Positions 30,315 to 40,739 of a stretch of 64,000 bases of DNA are shown here, piece after piece. A model generated the notes under the pieces. It was not told the DNA's origin. It saw only the letters and a program-made list of their open reading frames with translations, and ran no database searches. How positions within the stretch are numbered: position 1 is the first letter of the stretch; each line of letters begins with the position of its first letter. A program made the translations under genes and the position numbers. Source of the stretch: Candidatus Heimdallarchaeota archaeon (GTDB taxonomy: Archaea > Asgardarchaeota > Heimdallarchaeia > Heimdallarchaeales > Heimdallarchaeaceae); NCBI GenBank assembly GCA_019057815.1, contig JAHLWR010000001.1, positions 64,001 to 128,000 on the forward strand. The letters run 5' to 3'.

Positions 30315-32666
30315 TCACCGAGTTAGTTGTACATCATAATCAGGAATTTTCACTATTGGTTCTTCAATTATTTGTCCTAAAATGTGAGAATCAAAATACT
30401 TGTTTAAATGATAAAGAACTTTCTCTCTTTCTTCTTCAGGAACAACAACTACAAAACCTATTCCCATATTAAATGTAGAAAACATCTCATCGTAGGAAAT
30501 TTTTCCCAATTTTTGAATCTCTTCGAAAATTTTTGAAGGCCTTGGAAAATGTTTCAAAAGAAACCCGTTCTCTGTCAATCTGAATAATTTGGAGAAACCT
30601 CCTCCAGTAATATGAGCTAAGCCACGTACATCGTAATTATCAATAAGAGATTCTATGACTTCAGAATAGATTCGCGTTGGTGTTAGTAATTCATCACTTA
30701 GTTTTTTTTGTCCATCAAATACATCATCTAACTGATAATTACTTAGTAGAACTTTACGGGCTAATGTATAGCCGTTTGAATGTATCCCACTACTTGATAT
30801 CCCAAGTACAACATCTCCCACTTTTATATTCGAACCATCAATAAGTTTGTTTAAATGAACCATACCTAGAGCTGTCCCTACTAGGTCGAAAGGTTTCCCT
30901 GAACCCTTAAGCATTTCAGGAACAGTAGCTAATTCACCACCTATTAAAGGAGTAGAAGCGATTTCACATCCTTTATACAAACCTTTCATAATTTCTTCAA
31001 TCATATCAGCATTTAACTCTGCAACTGCCAAATAGTCCACAAAAGCCTTAGGAACTATTCCCATCGCTAGTAAATCATTTACATTCATAGCGACGCAATC
31101 AATTCCAATAGTGTCAAACTTGTTGACTTTCTGTGCAACAAGTAATTTTGTTCCTACACCATCTGTTACAAGAGCTAAACCTTGATCACCATACTTTATC
31201 AAGTTGGCATAATGACCTTCTCTTCCAACAACATCTCCAAACTCAAAAGTGTTCTTAACATGTTCATTTATTATTTTCAACACTTTGGATTCTAATTTTA
31301 AATCAACACCAGCTTCAGAATAGGAAGAAGGGATTTTTTCTTCATCTTTTTTTTCATCTTTTTCATCTTTTTCATCTTTTAGAGAATTAACAAATTCCTC
31401 TACAATTTTTGAAGCTATACCAACATAGTTCATTGGTTCAAGGATAGAATCAATTTCATCTTCTGAAAAGAATTCCCTGACAGTTTCATTATCTTTTGTT
31501 GCTTGCATAAAATTATCCTGATTAGACAATTGTTTCAAAAGATCATGTGCTTTTTGTCTTCCCATCTTATCACTTAATCTAATCATCAAATGTTCAGAGC
31601 ATTGAGCTCCATTCCTTAAATAGAGGTTTTTCTTAATTTTTTCTTCATTAAACTGAAGAGAACTGAGAACTTGATTCATCTGTAATAGAATATAATGAGT
31701 TAAAATGGAAGTTTCAGCTAAAATCAACCTTTCAGAGCTTGAATTCGTGAGATCTCTTTCATGTTCTAAACACACATTATCAAATGAAACTTGAACAGCA
31801 GAACGAATGTTTCGAGCTAAGCCAGATATTCTCTCACTTTTTTCAGGATTACGTTTTTGTGGCATTGTTGAAGAACCAACTTGAGCCTTGTCGAAAGATT
31901 CTCTGATTTCATCAATCTCCGTTCTCTGTAGATTTCTTATTTCTCTAGCAAAATGATCTAATACTGTGGCAATTAAACCTAAAGCGTAAACATACTTCGA
32001 ATATATAACACGAGATACTACTTGTGTTGTTAGGGGTTGTTTTTTCAATTCTAACTTTTCTAGAACGATTTTCTCAATTTCATCGGTTCCGTATGAAGCA
32101 TAAGTTCCTACAGCTCCAGAGATTTTCCCATAAGCGACATTTGTATTTATTAATAATTCTTTAACTAAAATTAACTCATTCAAGAAATTACCTATCTTCA
32201 TTCCATATGTTGTAGGGATAGCATGTTGTCCATGAGTTCGTCCAATACATACAAGATCTTTGTATTTTAAAGCTAAATCTGAAGCAATTTTGATTGTTTC
32301 ATTCAGAGTTTCTAAAATGATGTTTCTTGCATCCTTTAGCTGTAAACCTCTAACTGTATCTTGAATATCATAAGAAGTGGCTCCCAAATGAATATAACCT
32401 CCATATTCTCCACATTGCTCAGCTATAGCTTTAACAACACTCATTAAATCGTGATGAATTTCTTTTTCAATTTCCTGCGCTCTTTCCAACATTACATCGG
32501 TTGTATTGCATTTTGAATTAATAATTTCAAAGGCTTCCTTTGGTATTTTACCAACTGAATAATTTGCTTCTGCAAGTACTTTTTCAACTAATAATTGGAG
32601 TTCAAACTTTCTTTTTGTAGAAAAAACCTCGTTTAACGAGGTTTTATATCTTTCACTTTCTAGCAT
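30315..32666 (-). CDS. purB-purM: Fused adenylosuccinate lyase (N-terminal) and AIR synthetase (C-terminal)
   Basis: PurB: [25 protein letters not shown]; linker [12 protein letters not shown]; PurM: [35 protein letters not shown]; one uninterrupted ORF. Confidence 0.93.
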   Translation of the reverse strand: MLESERYKTSLNEVFSTKRKFELQLLVEKVLAEANYSVGKIPKEAFEIINSKCNTTDVMLERAQEIEKEIHHDLMSVVKAIAEQCGEYGGYIHLGATSYDIQDTVRGLQLKDARNIILETLNETIKIASDLALKYKDLVCIGRTHGQHAIPTTYGMKIGNFLNELILVKELLINTNVAYGKISGAVGTYASYGTDEIEKIVLEKLELKKQPLTTQVVSRVIYSKYVYALGLIATVLDHFAREIRNLQRTEIDEIRESFDKAQVGSSTMPQKRNPEKSERISGLARNIRSAVQVSFDNVCLEHERDLTNSSSERLILAETSILTHYILLQMNQVLSSLQFNEEKIKKNLYLRNGAQCSEHLMIRLSDKMGRQKAHDLLKQLSNQDNFMQATKDNETVREFFSEDEIDSILEPMNYVGIASKIVEEFVNSLKDEKDEKDEKKDEEKIPSSYSEAGVDLKLESKVLKIINEHVKNTFEFGDVVGREGHYANLIKYGDQGLALVTDGVGTKLLVAQKVNKFDTIGIDCVAMNVNDLLAMGIVPKAFVDYLAVAELNADMIEEIMKGLYKGCEIASTPLIGGELATVPEMLKGSGKPFDLVGTALGMVHLNKLIDGSNIKVGDVVLGISSSGIHSNGYTLARKVLLSNYQLDDVFDGQKKLSDELLTPTRIYSEVIESLIDNYDVRGLAHITGGGFSKLFRLTENGFLLKHFPRPSKIFEEIQKLGKISYDEMFSTFNMGIGFVVVVPEEEREKVLYHLNKYFDSHILGQIIEEPIVKIPDYDVQLTR
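31341..31379. repeat. 9-bp tandem repeat TTCATCTTT x4 encoding the KDE linker of PurB-PurM
   Basis: Copies at 31341, 31353, 31362 and 31371. Confidence 0.85.
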
Positions 32667-33045
32667 TTTTCACACCTAAGATTCGAAGAGCTAAATAAGC
32701 CGCATTTTGCCCATTATCTATTCCGACAGTTGCCACAGGGACGCCTTTAGGCATTTGAACTATTGATAACAAAGCATCTAAACCATTAAGGGCAACAGAG
32801 ACAGGGACCCCAATGACAGGACGTTCAGTTATTGCAGCAACAACACCCGGAAGAGCAGCAGCTAGTCCAGCTATACATATAAAAATATCCGCTTTTGAGT
32901 TCTTTACTTTATCCACAAGTTTTTCATGTTCTCTATGAGCTGATATATAATTAATTTCAAAAAAAACATTATTTTCCTCTAGAACCTTTGCAACTTTATC
33001 AACTATATGAGAGTCACTCTTACTTCCTGCTATTATATCAATCAT
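32653..33045 (-). CDS. purE: AIR carboxylase / N5-CAIR mutase, short form (130 aa)
   Basis: [35 protein letters not shown]. Confidence 0.93.
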   Translation of the reverse strand: MIDIIAGSKSDSHIVDKVAKVLEENNVFFEINYISAHREHEKLVDKVKNSKADIFICIAGLAAALPGVVAAITERPVIGVPVSVALNGLDALLSIVQMPKGVPVATVGIDNGQNAAYLALRILGVKNARK

Positions 33046-33047
33046 AT

Positions 33048-35228
33048 TTATTCCTCCATAAATTTAGGGATAGCATTTCTCCAATTATCATACAATTCTT
33101 GGATACAGAGAGAAATACTATCGTTAATTTCTATTCGAGTTTTTTCTGTAACAATACCCACAATTCCATAATCTGTTTTAAGTTCTTGAAGAACTTTTTC
33201 TGTTTCACACAAATTTTCAGAAGACACTTCAATCAAGTATCTGGCTGGCGATTCAGTGAAAAGATATTCTTCCATAGATAATTTGGTTTTTGAGGGAATT
33301 GAAGAAGTAGTTAACTTTACACCTAATTTGTTTTGAAAGGTCATTTCGATTGATGACACCACTAACCCACCATTTGATATATCGTGACAGCTTTCTATTA
33401 AATTAATCTTATTCAAATTAATAATTGCTTCAATCGAGTTATTTTCTTTCTTAAAATCATATTTGGGTATTGGTCCCGTTACTATTCCATGATTATATCG
33501 AAGATATTCAGAACCACCCAATAAGCCTTCAGTGCTACCTATTACTATTATATGGTTTCCGGTTTTTTGAAAGCTATTTTGTAATAATAAACTCTCGTTC
33601 TCAATAATTCCTAACATACCTATCGTAGGAGTAGGATTAATTCTTTCTCTTTTCTCATTGTGAACACTTTCGTTGTAAAATGAGACATTTCCACCAATAA
33701 TAGGGATTTGAAAATCATGAGAAAATTGACCTAAACCTTTTACAGATTCGACAAATTGCCAATAAGAATCAGGCTGCTCAGGGTTACCATAATTAAGACA
33801 ATCTACTAATGCATAGGGAGTTGCACCCATAGTTATAAGATTCCTCATTACCTCTGCAGCGGAGTTGGCAGTGCCGTTGAATGGATCTATATAAACCATG
33901 AAAGAATTACAATCTAATGAAAGAGCAATGTGTTTTCCATTGTCTAGTCTAATGACAGCAGCATCAGATCCAGCACCTTTTACAGTTTGTGTCTGAACAT
34001 GTTGATCATATTGTTGGTACACCCAGGATTTGTCACCGATATTTGGGGAGGTTAGTAGTTTAGATATTTCGGAACTTATATTCTCCGAAAGAGGTAAATT
34101 GATTTTGGAGTTTTTACCTATATAATCTGGTTTTACTGATTTCCTTTCTGGTTCAGGACATCCATTTACAACTAAATCAACAGGAAGGTCACTAACTTTG
34201 TTTCCATTATAATATGTAATAAAATGACTATTATCTGTCACTTCACCTATAATAGCGTGAAGAAGATCAAATCTATCTAAAATATATTGCACCCTATCAA
34301 CATTGTTTGGAGAAACAACTGCTAACATTCGCTCTTGAGATTCAGAAACTAGTATCTCCCATGATTCCATCTCTTTTTCTCTAAGAGGTACATCTTCAAC
34401 TCTTATTATTGCGCCTGTGTTACCCTTTTCAGTCATTTCTGAAACTGCACAACTTAATCCTCCCCCACCTAAATCTTGAAGTCCATCTAGTAGACCTTCT
34501 TCTACTAATTCAAGAGTTGCATCTATAACCACCTTTTCCATCAAAGGGTCTCCAATTTGTACAGCAGGTCGATCTTTATCACTTTTATCTGATAAATCCT
34601 TTGAAGCAAAGGAAACGCCATGGATTCCATCTTTCCCTGTTCTTGCACCATATAAAATTAGGAAACTTCCTGGTTTTGAAGCAATGCTTCTAACAACTTT
34701 TTCTTTTTCAATCAGACCTACACACATTACATTAACTAAACAATTACTCTCATAAGCTGTACTGAATTCAACTTCTCCACCTACTGTAGGAATCCCGCAA
34801 CAATTCCCATAGAAAGAAATTCCTCTAACCACATTTTCGAATAGATTTCTTGAGTGATGAGAATCTAAATCTCCAAATCTGATAGAATCTAGTAGAGCTA
34901 TTGGTTTACAACCTTGAGATAGAATATCTCTTATAATTCCCCCAACACCTGTTGCAGCTCCATCAAATGGACTTATAGCTGATGGATGGTTATGACTCTC
35001 GAGTCCCAAACCAATTAGTAAACCGTCACCGATATCGACAAGTCCAGCTCCTTCACCTATTCCTAAAAAGAGATATGGTGCTTTGATATTAAATAGATGA
35101 AACCAGCGTTTAGAGGATTTGTATGAGCAATGTTCACTCCACATTGCTTCCAGAATCGCTAATTCAGCTTTATTAGGTTCTCTGCCAATTGTCATCAATA
35201 CTTTTCCATACTCTTCTGGTGTTAGCAT
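33048..35228 (-). CDS. purL: FGAM synthase, small PurL subunit
   Basis: [52 protein letters not shown]. Confidence 0.96.
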   Translation of the reverse strand: MLTPEEYGKVLMTIGREPNKAELAILEAMWSEHCSYKSSKRWFHLFNIKAPYLFLGIGEGAGLVDIGDGLLIGLGLESHNHPSAISPFDGAATGVGGIIRDILSQGCKPIALLDSIRFGDLDSHHSRNLFENVVRGISFYGNCCGIPTVGGEVEFSTAYESNCLVNVMCVGLIEKEKVVRSIASKPGSFLILYGARTGKDGIHGVSFASKDLSDKSDKDRPAVQIGDPLMEKVVIDATLELVEEGLLDGLQDLGGGGLSCAVSEMTEKGNTGAIIRVEDVPLREKEMESWEILVSESQERMLAVVSPNNVDRVQYILDRFDLLHAIIGEVTDNSHFITYYNGNKVSDLPVDLVVNGCPEPERKSVKPDYIGKNSKINLPLSENISSEISKLLTSPNIGDKSWVYQQYDQHVQTQTVKGAGSDAAVIRLDNGKHIALSLDCNSFMVYIDPFNGTANSAAEVMRNLITMGATPYALVDCLNYGNPEQPDSYWQFVESVKGLGQFSHDFQIPIIGGNVSFYNESVHNEKRERINPTPTIGMLGIIENESLLLQNSFQKTGNHIIVIGSTEGLLGGSEYLRYNHGIVTGPIPKYDFKKENNSIEAIINLNKINLIESCHDISNGGLVVSSIEMTFQNKLGVKLTTSSIPSKTKLSMEEYLFTESPARYLIEVSSENLCETEKVLQELKTDYGIVGIVTEKTRIEINDSISLCIQELYDNWRNAIPKFMEE

Positions 35229-35911
35229 TTTAATTCCTCGATTAAATTTTCGAAAATTGAACGTCCATCAATTGAACCTAAATAGTGGAAACTCGATCTT
35301 TCAGGATGAGGCATCATTCCTAGAACATTTCCCTTATCATTCACAATTCCTGCAATATTTGCAATAGAACCGTTTGGGTTACTCATAGACTCAACTACTT
35401 TTTTTTCATTACAGTACTGGAAAGCAATTTGAGAATTATCTTTTAATTGTTTGATTGATGCTTCAGTATTGTAATAATTACCCTCATAATGAGCAATAGG
35501 AATTCGCAGAACCTTTGATTCTAACCCTTTGAGGAGAGGAGAATTAGTTTTATTTACTTTAATATTAACCCATTTTGAGATAAATCTTGTTGAAGTGTTT
35601 GTAGTAAGAACACCTGGTAGATAATTAGCTTCACATAACATCTGAAAGCCATTACAAATACCAAGAACGAACTTTTCAGAAATTATAAAATCGTGAAGTT
35701 CATCAATTAGACTTGTTCTTGCAGCTACTACTCCGGCACGTAAATAATCACCATAAGAGAATCCACCAGCAAGAATCAAAGCATCAAAATCTTTCAGCTT
35801 CCTATAATCTCTTGGATATAATAACTCATTTTCGACATTAAGACAATTTAAAACACGTGTAACATCTTGTTCATTATTTGTTCCTGGAAACTTAGTAATG
35901 CCTATTTTCAT
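35222..35911 (-). CDS. purQ: FGAM synthase glutaminase subunit
   Basis: FPGTN, GGFSYGDYLRAG, GICNGFQ, NPNGS, MMPHPER. Confidence 0.95.
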   Translation of the reverse strand: MKIGITKFPGTNNEQDVTRVLNCLNVENELLYPRDYRKLKDFDALILAGGFSYGDYLRAGVVAARTSLIDELHDFIISEKFVLGICNGFQMLCEANYLPGVLTTNTSTRFISKWVNIKVNKTNSPLLKGLESKVLRIPIAHYEGNYYNTEASIKQLKDNSQIAFQYCNEKKVVESMSNPNGSIANIAGIVNDKGNVLGMMPHPERSSFHYLGSIDGRSIFENLIEELKC

Positions 35912-35915
35912 TTTA

Positions 35916-36884
35916 TTATCTCTCCTCTTCAAACCACAAATCTATGGAATAATCTTCAATTAACGGATTCGAGAAGAGTTTTTCGCTCATATCATTTAAA
36001 TTCTTTAATAATTCGGAAGAAGGAGCAGTTAGGCAGTTAACAAAAACATGTTTTCCCAATCTTACATTATCTATTTCTTGATAATTCATCCTATTTAATG
36101 ACCTTAGAGTTACTTCACCTGCAGGATCTAATACAGTTTTTTTCAGCTTGACAATAACCTGAGCCTTTGTTGATAAAGATAATTCAGGTAACTTTGACAA
36201 TTTGGATAATTTGTCGTAGACATCATTATAATGTTGAATAACATCACCCATGTCTTTTCGATAACGATCTTTATCTTTTACTTCACCAGTTTCTTTATCC
36301 CACAACCGCATGGAATCCCCAGAAATTTCATCGGCAACAATAATCCTCCCATCATGAGTTCTCCCAAATTCTAGTTTAAAATCAACAAGTTGGAGTGAAA
36401 TCATATCAAAGAGTTCAACCAATATAGTGTTTACGGCCCTTGTTACTGCTTTCATAAGCATCACCTCTTTTTTGGTCATCCATTCAAGTTGTATAGCAAC
36501 TTCTTGAGTAACTAGAGGATCATATAACTCATCATCTTTGTAGAAGAACTCAATGACTGGTGGTAAAAGCTCCAGTCCTTGTGTTACTCCATATCTTCTA
36601 CAAAAACTACCAGCAGTAACATTTCTACAAACGACTTCAACTGGAATTATCTCAACTTTATCGCATATTAGCGTGTTATTATCTAGCATGGAATGATAAT
36701 GAGTACGAATGCCATATTCGTTAAGAATCTCAAAAAGCTTTGCTGACATTCTACAATTAGCTTCTCCTTTTCCTTGTATAATATCTTTTTTTTCTCCATC
36801 AAAAGCAGAAATAGAATCGCGAAAAATTAGCTTGACTTTGTTATTTTCATAAATCTTAACATCTTTTGCTTTTCCAGAATACAT
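35916..36884 (-). CDS. purC-purS: Fused SAICAR synthetase (N-terminal) and PurS (C-terminal); start probably 36884
   Basis: PurC: YSGKAK, IPVEVVCRN, DFKLEFG, ADEISGDSMRLWD, DKDRYR; PurS: VKLKKTVLDPAG, VRLGK, SNPLIEDY. Confidence 0.92.
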   Translation of the reverse strand: MYSGKAKDVKIYENNKVKLIFRDSISAFDGEKKDIIQGKGEANCRMSAKLFEILNEYGIRTHYHSMLDNNTLICDKVEIIPVEVVCRNVTAGSFCRRYGVTQGLELLPPVIEFFYKDDELYDPLVTQEVAIQLEWMTKKEVMLMKAVTRAVNTILVELFDMISLQLVDFKLEFGRTHDGRIIVADEISGDSMRLWDKETGEVKDKDRYRKDMGDVIQHYNDVYDKLSKLSKLPELSLSTKAQVIVKLKKTVLDPAGEVTLRSLNRMNYQEIDNVRLGKHVFVNCLTAPSSELLKNLNDMSEKLFSNPLIEDYSIDLWFEEER

Positions 36885-36900
36885 TATAGCGCATAACCTC

Positions 36901-36918
36901 TTTGCAGTATATTGTAAA
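36901..36918. promoter_or_regulatory. Palindromic operator candidate TTTGCA-N6-TGTAAA adjacent to the pur operon SD
   Basis: TTTGCAGTATATTGTAAA; 16/19 identical to 37052-37070. Confidence 0.6.
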
Positions 36919-37043
36919 TTCGTGTTAAGTTTACTCTGACCAATTGAAATAAGTTTAATTAATAAAGTTTGCGAAAACAAACATAAGAAAAGGTGTGTTC
37001 AACTCAAGAAGATTTAAAAACAATTGCTCTTTATTCCGCTTAG

Positions 37044-37077
37044 CGAAATAGTTTGCAGTGTAATGCAAATGGTTTCG
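37044..37077. promoter_or_regulatory. 34-bp imperfect palindrome CGAAA-N3-TTTGCA-N6-TGCAAA-N3-TTTCG, candidate PurR-like operator
   Basis: Read directly from the intergenic region between the pur operon and the divergent HTH-PRTase gene. Confidence 0.65.
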
Positions 37078-37214
37078 TTTTATTTTTGATTCATTAGCGA
37101 AAAATAGTGATAGAAAAAGCATCAAGAAAGCATTATCATAGTTACTTAACTTTTCATTGAAAGAATGATGTTGTGACATACCAAAATTTTTTACTTAAGC
37201 TTCATAATGAATAT

Positions 37215-37982
37215 ATGATGACTGTAGACAGCTATGTTGATTCCCAAGAAAAGTTAATGACAATTAATCTTTTACAAATAGCATTCAAACGCTTTGAAAC
37301 TTTAGAGAATTTAAAAAATTACCTTTTGAAAAAAGGTGTTGAGGTTTCGATAGCGAACTTATCTCGGTATATAAATGGTAAAGCCTTACCAAAATCGAAG
37401 TTAAAAGAAAAACTTCTAAATGTGCTAATTCAAAATAAAGACTTAGGCTTAACAATTCAAACATTAATTAACAAACGCATTACAATTATATCAAATAACT
37501 CTGAAAATATTTCTGTTAATAATAGCCATTTGTTAAATGATTCAAAGATTCTTACTACAATATTGTTTATAGCATTACGCAAAGGAATCATAAGCAGAGA
37601 TGTTGATAAAGTTATCACGGCTGAAGTAGATGGAATTCCCATTGGTATGATTTTAGGGCAACTCTTGAATGTTGATTGCGTTTATGCAAGGAAGAAAAAA
37701 CTTGTAGGAACAACAAAAGTTCATTATGAAGATGTACAATCACATGGTTCAGGGAGGATGGATACGCTATACTTACCGGATAAATTCATCAGAAATGGTG
37801 AAAAAGTGATAATAGTCGATGATGTTATACGCTCAGGATCAACACAAAGAGCGTTAATAAGCTTGGTAAGAAGATCAGGAGGAAACCCAAGCCAGATAAT
37901 AACATTGATAGGAATTGGTGACCATTGGAAAGAGATTACAACACTTGATTCGATACCATTTAAATCATTAATAATTCTTTGA
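37215..37982 (+). CDS. HTH + type I PRTase-domain regulator (PurR-like architecture)
   Basis: N-terminal HTH (SIANLSRYING); PRTase motifs TAEVDGIP, ARK, IVDDVIRSGST; divergent from the pur operon. Confidence 0.8.
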   Translation: MMTVDSYVDSQEKLMTINLLQIAFKRFETLENLKNYLLKKGVEVSIANLSRYINGKALPKSKLKEKLLNVLIQNKDLGLTIQTLINKRITIISNNSENISVNNSHLLNDSKILTTILFIALRKGIISRDVDKVITAEVDGIPIGMILGQLLNVDCVYARKKKLVGTTKVHYEDVQSHGSGRMDTLYLPDKFIRNGEKVIIVDDVIRSGSTQRALISLVRRSGGNPSQIITLIGIGDHWKEITTLDSIPFKSLIIL

Positions 37983-38039
37983 AATCAATTCCGAGAAATT
38001 ATCCAAACCTTTTTTAAAAATCGCAAACATTACTTAATT

Positions 38040-38939
38040 ATGCCATATGATAGGATGACAAATAACTTGCACCAGAGTGTTTTTGCGTTAATTATTGGGG
38101 CAGGATTTAGTTCACTGTTAATCGCATTTTTTGGAGTAGAATCGCTGATTTTTGCAATTCTTGAAGTTCCTTTAGCATTCTTAATAGCTTTAATAACTAT
38201 AACAGAGTGTATCTATTCGTACAATGAAGAGGTCTCAATGCAAACAACGTTCAATATGGTTGGACCTTTATTAAAGTCGATTTTAATCTCAATTCCTGTC
38301 GTTCTGATGTACTCTGCTATTATCTTAATATTAGATAAAACCGTCACCAAATTTCATGATGCAATACAACCTCTTTTTGATCAGACAATTCAAAGTTTAG
38401 GTCCAATAGCAGCTATCCCTATCATATGCTTTTTACCCGTTCTACTGATGAATTTCGCTATGCCTTTGTTTCTATATTTCTATGGAAGCGTCCACGTCTT
38501 ATTCTGGGGAAGAAAAGCAAGATCTGATAAAAAAAGAGCGAAAGATGAACTAGCAGGCGATGTAAAGGAAAAAGAGTATCAAGATAAAGTAGATGAAGTC
38601 ATCGCTAAATTTGAAGATGATGCAACAAAATTGCACCAATACCTTCTAGAATTACAAGCTTTTGATTCACTAATCGAACAAATAGAAGATCATGTATCAT
38701 ACAAAGGGATGGCAAGTAGACTAGTAATGATGAAAGATTATGTCATTTCTCTAGCAGAAGTCCCTGAAGAAAAAATATACAAAACAATTATAAAAGAAGA
38801 TGAAGTTAAAGAGAAAGCTGAAGCGGTAGAGATGCAAAGCAAGACAGTTATAGACATCGTTGAGAAAAATATGAAGAAATTAATAGATGAAAAGGGACAA
38901 TTTGAGAAAGAACCAGAAGAAGAAAGCGAAGAATATTAG
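38040..38939 (+). CDS. Membrane protein with C-terminal charged coiled coil
   Basis: About four N-terminal TM segments followed by an E/K-rich helical region. Confidence 0.7.
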   Translation: MPYDRMTNNLHQSVFALIIGAGFSSLLIAFFGVESLIFAILEVPLAFLIALITITECIYSYNEEVSMQTTFNMVGPLLKSILISIPVVLMYSAIILILDKTVTKFHDAIQPLFDQTIQSLGPIAAIPIICFLPVLLMNFAMPLFLYFYGSVHVLFWGRKARSDKKRAKDELAGDVKEKEYQDKVDEVIAKFEDDATKLHQYLLELQAFDSLIEQIEDHVSYKGMASRLVMMKDYVISLAEVPEEKIYKTIIKEDEVKEKAEAVEMQSKTVIDIVEKNMKKLIDEKGQFEKEPEEESEEY

Positions 38940-38975
38940 ATAAGAAAATAAAAAGAAAGGATAGAAAAAGGAAGT
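38940..38975. terminator. Purine/pyrimidine tract between convergent genes; oligo-T terminator on the minus strand
   Basis: TAAGAAAATAAAAAGAAAGGATAGAAAAAGGAAG reads as T-rich just downstream of the PDO stop. Confidence 0.45.
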
Positions 38976-39635
38976 CTAATTTTTATTAAAAGCTTCCATT
39001 ACTTTTGAAATGAACATGTCTTCAGGGACGCCACCTTCAAAGGTAACTTTGCCATCATCGATGACAGTTTTGGGGACACCCATCACATTGAATTTTTGAG
39101 ATAAAGCTGAAAATTCGGTAGCTTCAACCATCTCCCCAACAACATTAGGATTAGCCATAGCAATTTTATGGGCAACACGAACAGCTACAGGACAATATGG
39201 ACATGTGGGTGTAACGAATACTTTGATATTCATTGGTCGATCGATTTTCGCAATTTTCTCTAGGTTCTCTTTCTTCAGGGATACTTTCCCATTTGATATA
39301 TCTAGTATACCTTCCACTATTGTGCCGAATTCATAACCTGAAGGTATTCCTGTAAACAGTACTTTTCCTTTAGCTTCTCCTTCAATAAAAGTAGAAGGGT
39401 AGTATTTTACGCTGTATTCCTCAATCTCTGGAGGATTATCTTCCTTTAAGAATTCAATAATTTCTATTTTATCTTTGGGAGCTAATTCTTTTAACATTTC
39501 AAGAATAGCTTTTGTTTCATGACAAGTCAAACACTTTTCTTTATCAATAAACAGTTTAATGGTTACTGTCTTTTCCATGTGTTGGAAAATTTCTCGCACT
39601 TGTCTCTGAACATTCTCGTCTACATTAACACTCAT
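38976..39635 (-). CDS. Protein disulfide oxidoreductase (two thioredoxin folds, PDO/AhpF-N-like)
   Basis: CLTC and CPYC; GIPSGYEF; VMGVP. Confidence 0.9.
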   Translation of the reverse strand: MSVNVDENVQRQVREIFQHMEKTVTIKLFIDKEKCLTCHETKAILEMLKELAPKDKIEIIEFLKEDNPPEIEEYSVKYYPSTFIEGEAKGKVLFTGIPSGYEFGTIVEGILDISNGKVSLKKENLEKIAKIDRPMNIKVFVTPTCPYCPVAVRVAHKIAMANPNVVGEMVEATEFSALSQKFNVMGVPKTVIDDGKVTFEGGVPEDMFISKVMEAFNKN

Positions 39636-39724
39636 TATATTTCATCTATGTGCGGTTACTATACACACTTGGATTTTCTTTAATTTAAACATTGTGCACT
39701 AGCAAAAAAGAGAAAAAGAAGAGG

Positions 39725-39997
39725 TTAACCTGTTCGTTTTATAATATGATAGCCAAATTCTGTTTTAACTGCTCCCGACACTTCCCCTTTAGCCAAGGAA
39801 AAAGCTGCTTTCTCGAACTCTTTTACCATTTTTCCTCTTGTAAAGAAGCCTAAACTTCCACCTTTTTTACTTGAAGGACACAAAGAATATTTCTTTGCTA
39901 ATTCTGCAAAGTCTGCTCCTTTTTCCATTTCTTTCAGAATATTATCTGCTTCTGATCTTTTTTTCACCAGTATGTGACTTGCCTTAACTTTCGACAT
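39725..39997 (-). CDS. ppiC: Single-domain parvulin peptidyl-prolyl isomerase
   Basis: [39 protein letters not shown]. Confidence 0.93.
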   Translation of the reverse strand: MSKVKASHILVKKRSEADNILKEMEKGADFAELAKKYSLCPSSKKGGSLGFFTRGKMVKEFEKAAFSLAKGEVSGAVKTEFGYHIIKRTG

Positions 39998-40019
39998 TTT
40001 TTTTTCACTTCCATTTCCT

Positions 40020-40733
40020 TTATTCTAGGATTATTCTAGCATCTATTGTTATAAGTCCTTTTTCTGTTGCAACAACAGGATTAAGATCCATTTCTTTTAT
40101 TATTGGATTTTCTTCTATTAGTTTTGAGATTTTTAGCATTAGGTTAGTCAATTCTTCCTTTTTTACTTGAGGAAGACCTCTAAAACCTTCAAAGATTTTT
40201 TTCCCTTTAATTTCATTCATCATTTCTTTTACATCCTCTTTTGTTATAGGTATCAATCTAAATGTTACATCTTTGTAAATCTCAGTAAATATTCCCCCGA
40301 TTCCTAGAGCTATCATTTTTCCAAATTGACTGTCAGTCGTACTTCCTATAAGTACTTCTGTCCCTTTGACCATTTCTTCAATGCTGACACCGTCAATTTT
40401 TGCAGTTGGATAATGTTTTTTGATACTAATCATCATATCTTCATAAGATTTCTTGAGCTCTTCATCGGATTTTATTCCTACCTTTACCCCACCAGCATCA
40501 GATTTGTGAATTACATCTTCGGAGACAATTTTCAATGCGATAGGATACCCCACTTCTCTCGCTTTTTCTATACTTTCTTCAGCATTTGTTGCTAGAGCCA
40601 TTTTATTCAATGGTAAACCAGCTAAATCGATTATTTTGCGAGATTCTTCGTAGGTTAGAACTTCCCTTCCTTGGTCTTTTATTTTTTCCAGCATTTTTTT
40701 TATTTCTATGTTCATTTCTCTCATTCTCATCAT
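40020..40733 (-). CDS. acdB: Second ADP-forming acyl-CoA synthetase beta subunit (orphan)
   Basis: [30 protein letters not shown]. Confidence 0.9.
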   Translation of the reverse strand: MMRMREMNIEIKKMLEKIKDQGREVLTYEESRKIIDLAGLPLNKMALATNAEESIEKAREVGYPIALKIVSEDVIHKSDAGGVKVGIKSDEELKKSYEDMMISIKKHYPTAKIDGVSIEEMVKGTEVLIGSTTDSQFGKMIALGIGGIFTEIYKDVTFRLIPITKEDVKEMMNEIKGKKIFEGFRGLPQVKKEELTNLMLKISKLIEENPIIKEMDLNPVVATEKGLITIDARIILE

Positions 40734-40739
40734 ATTTTT

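Noticed and set aside
36856-36894. Out-of-frame ATG (MRYNVFWKSKRC*) overlapping the purC start as a regulatory uORF
   Set aside because: The ATG is only 1 nt from the GAGGT SD, whereas other genes here show 5-7 nt spacing; probably chance
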